DNA from: Perna viridis
Taxonomy: Eukaryota
DNA length: 64,000 nt
NCBI GenBank assembly: GCA_037379345.1
Contig: CM074515.1
Location: 24,552,001 to 24,616,000, forward strand
Reading direction: 5' to 3'
Shown: positions 1 through 10,395 of the stretch, one piece after another
How positions within the stretch are numbered: the first letter of the stretch is position 1
Layout of the letters: the number at the start of each line of letters is the position of its first letter
Position numbers and translations under genes: made by a program
Notes under the pieces: generated by a model
The model's database searches: none
What the model was told of the DNA's origin: nothing
Seen by the model: only the letters and a program-made list of their open reading frames with translations

Positions 1-966
1 GCTTTGTAATTATGAATACATAGAGTAAAGACTGTAATTTGTATTTTTCTCTTCCGAGGTAATGTCTGATATAAACATATGTCTACCACAACATATTTGT
101 AATTATATGACTTGGATTTTTTTTCATAATTCAATAAGTTATAATTTAATGGGTACAACACTTTATCATTCACAATCTTTCTTTTAATACTGACCTTGGT
201 TTAATCTGTAATTTATACAAGTTGACTGCATGGGAGGGGACAATCTAGTTAAATGTCCCCTGCGAACCAACTTTGGTCTTGGAGGACGCTAAACTAACTA
301 CTCCTAGGCATATGTTTAGCATACACAGTAAACATAACTAAGTTCAACTAAGTTAAAAATTAACTTTATTATCATTTTTATGCTTTTGTCCTTTCAGATT
401 CATTAAACAACTCCAGAAACAGCAGGTGTTACCATCCTATTTTAACAATCCAGTAATGCAAACATTTGACTTAAAACAATGCGTTATTTTCTTTTCACTT
501 TCACTCTATTTGGCGCTTTCATTCTGAGTTTTTAAAGATCAAGAAATGGTCGCTTTTGATTGACAATTGACACAACAAAAACAGAAAACTTTCAAATACT
601 TGGCCAGATTGTTACCACGTAAATTACAGACATTGACTAACTACTAAAAGAAGGTTGAAGTTGTATTATTTTATTTGACTTTAAACAAGCTATCTGAATA
701 ACAGTATTTCATTTAGCAAACCAGGTTATCTTGTACTGTTAAGTCATGAACATTAATTGGTCTGAAGTATGTGATTTCAGTCTTAAATTTGTACTGGAAT
801 TAAATAGAAACTGAAGTTTAAGAAATGTTTACACCTTTTCACCTTTTTCACCCTTTGAACACACTGGCTTTTTCCAGTTTACAAGATTTATAAAACGCTC
901 GGCGGTTTAAAGTGTAAATTACCCGCGAACAATGTTATTTCGAACACACACACATATATATATATA

Positions 967-1463
967 AAGGTCTGAAAAATTCCCAACGATGTTAGAACTG
1001 TCAATTTGCGATGAAAATTTATGATCGTTCCCTCCGCGGGACTCGAACTCGTACCGCTGTGACATTTATGGCCTGCACAAAGTCCAGCGCCCTAGACCAC
1101 TTGGCCAGCTAGGCTATACAAAATATAGCTTTCGCTGGCCGGGTCATTCCTCCTTGTAGGATTAATCTAGGGCTGTAACTTAGTACACGATGTATGGTAG
1201 TACGGCACAGTTTATTTATAAGTTATGTAGGATAGAGGATTAAATCAATGATGCATGTCACAAGAAATCAATATTATACAAGATGTCACAGCGGTACGAG
1301 TTCGAGTCCCGCGGAGGGAACGACCACAAATTTGCATCGCAAATTTGACAATACTAACATCGTTGGGAATTGTTCAGACCTTCCTATTCGTTCTATATCT
1401 TCCCTCTATCGATTTGATCCGATGGAGCAGTGTAACGAATAGGCGTCACATTCTGAGACGTTT
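967..1463. mobile_element. Family A tRNA-derived repeat, internally inverted copy flanked by (TA)n
   Basis: 967-1280 is the reverse complement of the unit at 48590-48920. 1281-1463 matches the same unit on +. This gives ~100-bp inverted arms (967-1065 vs 1283-1382). TA runs lie on both sides. Confidence 0.85.
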
Positions 1464-2809
1464 ATATATATAAATATATATCAAATAACAAAAAAATTGT
1501 CATCTTTGAGTCAGGCAGGTTATGAAATACTCTCATATTTTATTTAAGAACTTGAATTGTTCGAGTGCAAATAAGATATTGGCATGAAGATAATGAAACG
1601 AAAGTGCATTTTTACTTGTCCACATTTTATAATCACATTTCATAACATATCCTTTCTCATCTTCCGATTTGAGCTCTGTCAGGTTAGCTGTAAAATTCCA
1701 TAAAACGGACTTTATGTATCAACTTTACTATAGGACTGGGCTGATTCTTATATTGATCAAAATAGTAGCGTGTATGAATGTACACCGATAAACGTGGCGT
1801 AAAATCGGGGCATTCATTTTTGAAACGATCGAATTAAATATTTTTGCTCTCTATACGAGAAGCATAAAGACAGTTGCGGAACGGCAACCTTACATTTCTG
1901 TCTGGTACAATCTGTGATTTAAATTACAACTCAAACTAAACCACCAACAATAATCCGAAAGGGCGACCGCGCGACTTACAGTTCTTTTTAATACTACCAT
2001 CAACAATATGATCAATATGGGGCGACCGTACGAAAACAGTAGGAATAGTAAACATGCATCAAACTTAGAAAATAGAAATAATTCTGTCCCTCATTTCACT
2101 CTTACTCATTTACAGGTTGATAGATCGATGTCTGGCCACAGAGGTTAAAGGTAACGAACCAAATAAGTACTCAAAGCCATACTATGTATACGGTAATTAG
2201 TATTCCAAAAGACAATGGCATTGTTATCAACGTGTCTGTATTTGCATTCAGGAAATATTGCCTCTTGTCTATTGAACTTACTTTACCTTTCTCTAACCAC
2301 TCTTGCATGTCTGTTGTTAAAGGATGTTTATACTTAATGAACAGGTTTAAAAGAAATAGCTTGGTTTGTGGCATTTTACACTTAAAACTGGATTTCAGAT
2401 AACCTGTTTATGACTAAGAAAAATTCCTTACTCTACAATTTATTTTCTAATGCATTCCAGAACAAACATTAAGCACAAATTCGTATTCACAACGTTATTC
2501 ATATTTGGATTATTTGCATTGTGGTCTACGAAACAATTGACGTTAAAAACGCCACAGTACCTAACTAGGTTATATAAAATAACCTTGTTTCCTAAAAGGG
2601 ATAAACCAATAATAAAATGTCATAAGAAATTAGTTTGTTTTAATATGAAAATGCCTATTAGAAGAGATAGTGAATATGATTTCATATCACTTTTAACAGC
2701 GTTGACAATGAAATCACATTATATGGAAATGCCCAGAACAAACACATTTATTTCTGAAGCATCAAGAAAGACTAAGGTTATAACAAATCCTGTAGATTGA
2801 TAATTTTAC

Positions 2810-2903
2810 CAAAAACAAAAAACAAAAACAAATACAAAAAAACAAAAAACAAAAACAAATACAAAAAACAAAAAACAAAAAAACAAAAAACACAGAAAAA
2901 AAC
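2810..2903. repeat. A-rich (CAAAAA)n low-complexity tract
   Basis: Direct reading. Confidence 0.9.
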
Positions 2904-5384
2904 ATCTACTCCGTTATTGTTTCTACATATAAAGAATAAAGCATTCTTTTAGAGAAAATCGCAAGACTTCTATATTGTGAATTTCGAAGCATTTTGCGAG
3001 TTAATTGTATGTTGTGTTGTTTTGTTGTTTCATTTTTTGTTAGTCCATAAATTAAAGAAAGGCGGTTTATGAAACTAGTTTGACTCCACCGCATGCATCA
3101 TGCAAATCAAATAAATTTTGAAATGCCATACAAGCAAAAATAATAGTTTATGACTCTTGTGAAATTACAGATCTTTGCTCATAGGACGTATTTTTTTGTA
3201 TAGCAGTCCAGATCGTCTTACAATATCAAATAAGTGTTTTCAAAATTTTAATATTTCCATTGACATTTTGCTTACGTTATTCAATAGGGAGCGTACAAGA
3301 AAGATTATTATACTGTTATCTCAATACTTGTATTATCGTTTTCTGAATATAAAGATAATGATATATGTTTCCAGATAAAGACATATAATTTTGTACCTTA
3401 AATCTAGGCTCTCGTAAGATTATTATACAAGTAACTTGTTTGTTTTCGTTTTTTTTTATAATTAAGTTACGTTTTCCATTTACCGGATAAACTACCAGTA
3501 ATTTTCTTGAGCCTTGTATATTTGTATATTCGATGCTGTCAATGTATAATAATTCTAATTAATGAGCAAACATAACATGAATAGATGCCATGGAGTATCT
3601 TTGTGCCTGTTACACAAATCCTCGCTAGAGATGTATTCGTAAATACGGACGATCTATATTCACGTATTTAGAATTACATGAAGTCTTTCCAGAACTCAAA
3701 GTCAAAAAACATTGAACTCATATTGACCTTGTCACCGTCCTTCTTTAGTCTTTACTGTATGAACCCTGTCAAATGCTTCAATAAAAACCTATAATATTTG
3801 CCTGTCAATTTCACATAAACGATTACTCAAAGTTCTTTGATATAAATAAGACAAGGGAAAAAAAGTGTTCTGACGTAAACCATACCATTAACAAGATATC
3901 TTTTCAACGATGATAACGTTTCAATAGCTTTTATGAATACGATGTTTATTTTTCTCTTTACATAAAGAAGCCATATGTAAAGTTTCTTCTACTGAATGAT
4001 GATAATATTCACAACAACATCGATACGTACGATTGTATTCTTCATTTCTTCTTAAATGTTCTAATAATATGCCGACACTCCTGAAATAAGTCTTGAGGAC
4101 ACGACCTTTATAAGAACAAATCAAAACTCAGATGTCCAACGTCGTGGACGAAATGAATAACACAGAGAAAAAAGACAAGAAATAATGTAAAGATTTTTAG
4201 GAACTAAAAATAACTCACTCAGAAATGTAAATATTTCTGAATCGAGTAAGTATTATTCAAACTTACTAGTAGAATGTATGTCATAATAGTTTTAAAATTA
4301 TCGTTGTAGTCGTCAAAATGTATTGAGCATGCATGGCAAACTTGCATGTCGGAGTTATTGAAACACCGTTGATACAGGCACAAGAAAAGAGGATCGTAAA
4401 AAAAAAGGTTTTGCAGTGTACCGCAAACTAAATAAGCCGTCTCAATTCGAGACAGAAAATATCACTGTGAGTCTGATAGGGCGACCTCTTTCCCCTATGC
4501 CAAGACAGTTAAAAGACAGTTGATTCTGATAATATTCTTAACGTCCATGGTTACTTAAACCAAAATTCTAGGAATTAATGAAATAAAAAAAGAATTTTCT
4601 CAGTTCTGTTGCTCTTGGTGTTTATGTTAAGTTGACAAAAACGCTTGTTTGTCGGTGACGACACAGTCAAATTGTCATTATGTTGTCTTTGGAAATTGCC
4701 GATATTTCTAGTGTCACTGCAGAAGCCTGAAAAACAAAATAATCATCAGTAAGAATAATAATAAAACGATTAAGTTAACAATGAAAAGACCTAACTTGAC
4801 CGTCTTCCTCTCAATATTGATACGTGCCATTTTCATGGCAATGGACGTTATAAGGAAAGTTTGTGCAAGAAAAAGTTATACTGATTGACTTCATTGGATC
4901 TAATGTGTTGTTTGAACGTTACAGCAAGGAGACAATGAAAAGAACCGAGAACATGGCAATCGTAAAACGGGAACGAAGACTTAATCACAAAAGTGGCCCA
5001 CATTAACTAAAAATGTACTCACAAATACTAATGAATAAATGAATAACATGTACTGAAAACTTTCCAGGTGTACAAGTAGGGACATCATGATCAATTCTGA
5101 TCTTACTTTGTAGATGCGTTCATGATGTTGACTGTTATTTGAAGTGATGTCGTAAGTATTGTAACGGATATAAAAAATTCATTTTAAATGCCGGTATTGC
5201 AACCTACAATAGGGCAAAACCAAAAGCATGACATAACAATTTTCCAACCAATATATACGCACTACCTGATATACAAATACGATACACCCACGATTTTTAA
5301 CTTAGAAAAAACAAGATTATTATCCTCTGTGCACCATTAACCATTTGTTATGGCGTTTATAAGCGATATCGAATTTCACAAACA

Positions 5385-6330
5385 GTACTTCGTTGCAATA
5401 ACCTCATCGGAAATTTCATAACTACGTCGGAAACGATGCTAAAATGTTTAAAGTAATCAATGCAATTCTTGAACCGTGTTTTTTTTTTTTTTTTGACAGA
5501 CGGTCGGCATTCCAATGGGAATAAATATTACTCCTCTACTCGCTGACCTATTCCTTTACTCTTACGAGGATGACGTTATAGCTGATTTCTCCAAAAGAAG
5601 GAAAATCGTTTAGCCAGTTCCTTTGATCTCAATTAACGCTATAAAGATGACGTTTTGTCTTAAAATACTTATAGATTCTTGGATTTAATACATCGCATTC
5701 AACCTCAAAGAACTTGAAATAAAGGACACCACAGATACTATAAAGTCAACCTTATTTCTTAGCTTTTTCTTAGAGATCGATGTAAATGGAAAACTCATGA
5801 CCAAAATATATAACGCGGTGACTTCGCATTCCGTATCGCCAATTTTCCTTTCATCTGTGACAACATCATTACATCACATGCGGTAATTATGCAAGAGCTT
5901 CCTGATAATATACAGACATTTTGTACCGTGTCAGACCTACAAAATAGTCTTCTGGAACACGTTTATATTGCTACACGATTTACAAAGTCATCAATACAAA
6001 ATGTTATGACCGTGATCATAAACTTACACATCGTTATGGTGTATTCATTTCAGTACGAGAAACGATTTCTGCACTGTGTCCTAGCTGTCCTTTCCTCTTT
6101 CGTCTTCCCGGGACTTGATATTTGATGAGCAACTCGGCGGGTGTTTCTAGAAAAGCATTACCCTACTCTCATTTTTTTCTAGTAGAGTCAGAGTTGGTCA
6201 TTGGCTTTGGTTTCTTTGTACTTTTCATGTTCTTTGCTGCATGTATCTATTCCCCCTGTCTAGTAATCCTTGGATTGCATTATTTTCAATACCATTCGAA
6301 TCCTGATTATTTTCAGTTCTCCTTCGATCA
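5385..6330 (+). mobile_element. Family C: decayed Penelope-like retroelement, RT C-terminal half plus 3' non-coding end
   Basis: Manual translation from 5497 gives QTVGIPMGINITPLLADLFLYSYE, then RYKDDVLS (YxDD motif) and ELEIKDTTDTIKS...LEIDVNGKLMTKIY, broken by frameshifts and stops. The 3' end is shared with the other family C copies. The left boundary is approximate. Confidence 0.85.
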
Positions 6331-8599
6331 AAGTCTATCAAAATGACGACGTCACAAATAGTGATAAATTTTAAATTAAAAAAATAAAGATTGTAACGCT
6401 GGGGTCAGGTGTTAATTGTGTCACAGGCAACCTGATTGCATGTAAATATAGGTTAAATTATTTCTCCGATCAAGATGGTATATTAAAAACTTTCAACGAG
6501 CATGTTTTTTCTTAAGTGAAAAAAATAAATTTAATCATGAATAGGCATAAGGAGAATCGCTTTCTCCCATGAAATCTGTAGAAACCTGGTAAAATGTGAA
6601 ATAGCGAGAGAACTCCCGCAAAAATTCAATTAACATCCGGTAGTTAAAAAGTGACGTGCACTTTTAATCAACGGTTTAGAACAGGAAAATTCCTTTTATA
6701 CACGTTCTCATTCCATAACAACAAGCTATGCCTTACTGCGTACTGTATTTTTCTTAAAGATTTTGAAAACCTAGACGTATGACCTTCGAATTCTTTGGCT
6801 GAGAATGGTTTCAAGGTATTAAGGCAATCTCGGTTTTATTTCACGGTTATTAAATTAAACGTTAATTTATATAAACGAATACATCGCTTACAAACTTTAA
6901 CTGTTCCATTTCCTCTCAGTAAACACTATGTAGATATAATATTTACCACGTCATTTATCTGTAATGTTTAATGCATGTACTCACATGGAACGAAGTAGGC
7001 CTTGTGTGAAGATTTGTAGTGATTTTTTGCATTATCTTGCTAACATGTTTATCTAACGGAAACAACAACTCTCAAATTATCTTATAATCTTGACAAGTGT
7101 AATTGCAAGATAACTACTTCGTAAATGATCCACACAATAAATAACTGTCTGCTCAAGATATGGAACTATCTAAGGCAAATAAATTCAAATTTACCAACAG
7201 AAAAGTACGTCATTAGCACTTGGGATTTGTTTTAACATGAAAACTATCAACATCCACTTTTCCAATTCAGTTGAGCAATCCGTCTGGATACTTATGAAAA
7301 AAATTCCAATTAAACTTCTGTGATAACTTGAATGGTTTCAAGGTGTTTCAGCTGTGTTTTTTAAATCATTTTGGAGGATGGTGCTAGCTAAAAATGTCAA
7401 TAAAAAAGCAAACTAACAACCACATTTATAATGAACTTACTCATTGATGTTTTAGATAAAAAGTTTTTACTATAGCCTGTACATGAATGAGATTCAGAGA
7501 TTTATTCGATGTAATAAAAAGCGTAATTTCAAACCCTTGATATTGTTATTGCTCTTTAATTCTCGTATCACGATGTAAGCTTTAAAATAAAATTTCTTTA
7601 ATGTATTAACGTGTTCATGGGTGATCTTGCTATCTCAGACTCTAAAGGAAATAACGATGTACGAATGCAAACGGTTTTTCTGATAAACGTTAGTTCATTT
7701 AGAATTAGTTGTTTATTTTTAAGTGAAAAGCACCTATGTATAAAATAATTTATAAAAAAAGCTGAACGTAATATTGATCAGTGCATTAAATAAAACACAC
7801 ATTAAACGGTTCCAATACATTTGAAGTGCATACCAAGATTGGTGAAAAAGAAATCATAGTTGACAAATTGGTTGGAATGAACTGCAATTTTTTTTCATTT
7901 CATAATCCAAAATTCTGTTTGAAGTATGCTATCCCAGTGGACGTTACGCACGATATTGTACATGTTCGCAAATAAATATAACGAGAATGTACAGAATATA
8001 GTAAACATGCCAAGAGACGACCACCACCTCTCGGATGAAAAAGAATGAACAGTATCTTTAAAGAAAATGCATTCGTACATCAACATGAATGTGTATAACC
8101 TTCTGCCTGTTTTATCATTTTTAAAGAAATAATACAAGAATGTTTATCATTATTCAATATCTCTTTAATACAAACCGAAAAAAAATAGTATATATCAAAG
8201 ATAATGTACCTCTCTTGGGTCAAATATTTAAAGAGCTAGTTGTATTCACTGACAAAAAATACATACATGTACGACTAAGGGAAGAGAATGATTTGATTAC
8301 ATTACACCATCCCCAACGAGGATTTAACCTCAGACTGCACAGTAAAAGGCCAATGACGAACCGATTCTGCTAAACAATAAACGTTAAGACATTTCAAGTA
8401 ACTGGCTATTTAAATCTCACTAACCACTGCAGCACAGGTATACCATTCTGTCACATAAAGAAATGGAACTAAAGTTTATCCAGGTTTATTGGATATATTA
8501 AACCGGAAAGTCAAGACAAAATGACAAGGAATGAATACGAAGAAAGATAGGAACAAAGCACAACTTACCGAATCCGAGTAAGAACACAGAAACAATATC

Positions 8600-8670
8600 A
8601 GTCAAATAAATGATATGGTGGATTTTACTAGAAAAACTAACTTACAACGTGGATCAGGTGTACTGGTAGG
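8600..8670 (-). mobile_element. Possible highly diverged family C relic just downstream of the GPCR stop
   Basis: gtggatcaggtgtactggtagg (8649-8670) vs atggaccaggtgtaccggtagg (34421-34442); short match only. Confidence 0.3.
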
Positions 8671-8807
8671 AAAAAAAAGAAATTCATATTTAGAATAAGA
8701 ATCACTTTGTAAATTTCAATTTGACATTCTAAAAATAGTTTATTAGAAGTAACAATGATAACAATATAAAAAACATTAAAAACAACAGCTAAAATAACAT
8801 TATCATT

Positions 8808-10010
8808 TCAATGAATATGGCCATGGTGGTCACGCGATACAGCGGTTTCTAAGCTATCCATCGGGCTGTCCTCGCTTGATTTAAATCTTATAGTTAATAG
8901 CGCATTAGCACCTGCCCGTAAATGCCGCTTACAACAGAGTTTAAGGAATGCTTTTCGAAATCCATTGCTCATAAAGCAATAACAAACAGGATTTACAACA
9001 GAATTCGATAGTCCAAGAACTTGTAAGAAAGGGTATATATACGTCGAAACGTACCCAGTTGTTGTGTCGCTTATGTTCATATCAATCCAAATATTTACGA
9101 TATAATATGGTAGCCAACATATGCAAAAGATGCTGACCACTGCGATGAGCATTTTAACGGTACGTCGGCGTTGTCTTAGAATTCTCTCCGCTTGGTAATT
9201 GTTTCCCCTCGATGACTCAACGAAAACTTTTCCTTCGTCTCCCCACAATGTTATGCCGATTCTGGTATATGCAAATATCATTACAATCAAGGGAAAGCAA
9301 AATAGTAATACAAAAATAAAAACATTGTACAATTGTTTAAACTGTAAACTTGTCCAACCTTCATTACATGAACGTTTCTTAAAAGATAAGATATCCGTTT
9401 CCTGCACATGGTTAACTACTAGCAGTGGAATAAATGCAGAAAAAGACAATACCCATACAGAAGCCAGCATAAAATATATTTTTCTTTTTGAAAATATAAT
9501 TTTGGCTTTAAGTGGACGATGAATGGCAAAGTACCTGTTTATACCAATAAATAATAGACTAAGAGCACTTACTGCAACAGCAGTTCCTTGTAGAAATGGT
9601 GCAAGTTTGCACATAATAGTTCCAAAAACATATTCTTCGTAGATATAATCGCCAAGTGTAATCGGTATACAAATTAGCACCACAAGAAGATCACCGGCTG
9701 TTAAATTGACAAGAAAAACGTTGGTAAGCGTTCTCATATGTTTATACTGAGCAACAACAGCTATCACAAAAATATTCCCTGCTATTCCAAGTATAAAAGC
9801 AACCAAGTACATCACTAACAATGATATTGTCATAGCACCCCATCGTTTTGTTTCGCTTTCTATGTTTCCAACAAGTCCTGGGAATTCCCTAAGTACGGCT
9901 TGTATATCGAAATTACCATTAAATTCATATTGTGAATAATTATCACCATAAAAATCAAACAAATTTTCGGTAGTTGTGTTATTAGCCGAGAGGACCGTAA
10001 CATCCACCAT
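8808..10010 (-). CDS. Class A (rhodopsin-like) neuropeptide GPCR, orexin/allatotropin/QRFP-receptor-like; uninterrupted 400-aa ORF
   Basis: Seven hydrophobic segments with class A motifs: TM1 GIAGN, ICL1/TM2 HMRTLTNVFLVNLTAGDLL, TM3 CKLAPFLQ...INRYFAI, TM4 W, ECL2 Cys (SCNEGW), TM5 FCFPL, TM6 RRRTVKML...CWLPY, TM7 NSVVNPVCY, helix 8 FRKAF then CC. N-terminal sequons NNT/NTT/NYS. The exact ligand family cannot be fixed without a phylogeny. Confidence 0.95.
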   Translation of the reverse strand: MVDVTVLSANNTTTENLFDFYGDNYSQYEFNGNFDIQAVLREFPGLVGNIESETKRWGAMTISLLVMYLVAFILGIAGNIFVIAVVAQYKHMRTLTNVFLVNLTAGDLLVVLICIPITLGDYIYEEYVFGTIMCKLAPFLQGTAVAVSALSLLFIGINRYFAIHRPLKAKIIFSKRKIYFMLASVWVLSFSAFIPLLVVNHVQETDILSFKKRSCNEGWTSLQFKQLYNVFIFVLLFCFPLIVMIFAYTRIGITLWGDEGKVFVESSRGNNYQAERILRQRRRTVKMLIAVVSIFCICWLPYYIVNIWIDMNISDTTTGYVSTYIYPFLQVLGLSNSVVNPVCYCFMSNGFRKAFLKLCCKRHLRAGANALLTIRFKSSEDSPMDSLETAVSRDHHGHIH

Positions 10011-10365
10011 TCTCTTGTGTTTCTCTGATTTTCTAAAGTTTCACCAACCACTGCTTGATCGATACGCAGTCATTCTTCTTATGTCCGATGATAGCTTTGC
10101 AATCTAGATAACACATAATCAGAGCAGAGGCTGATATAGGCACGATTAATCCTTAAACGACAGTGCGTAATCAAAATTTCCTTCGTCATAATCTTTTTCG
10201 ACTTTAATTGAATTATCGTCAAATTGCATTCTTACTTTATATTAAGACAATACTAGTTCCATCGAGTTAAGTTTGCTTCCGTGACGTCCAATCTTTTGAA
10301 ATATTTAAAGCGTTAATTGACACGCAGGTTTACGCTCCTGATTGTGATGAGTCAAATTTTGCTAT

Positions 10366-10395
10366 TCTAAAAAGATAAAATATATGCTCATTAAA
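10366..10395 (-). other. Probable splice acceptor opening the GPCR coding exon (implies upstream non-coding exon(s))
   Basis: Minus strand reads tttaatgagcatatattttatctttttAG|aatagc: branch-like TTTAAT, pyrimidine tract, AG at 10368-10367; 356 nt upstream of the ATG. Confidence 0.5.

Noticed and set aside
9199-9522. 107-aa antisense ORF inside the GPCR
   Set aside because: Shadow ORF of the real coding strand, with a non-ATG start.
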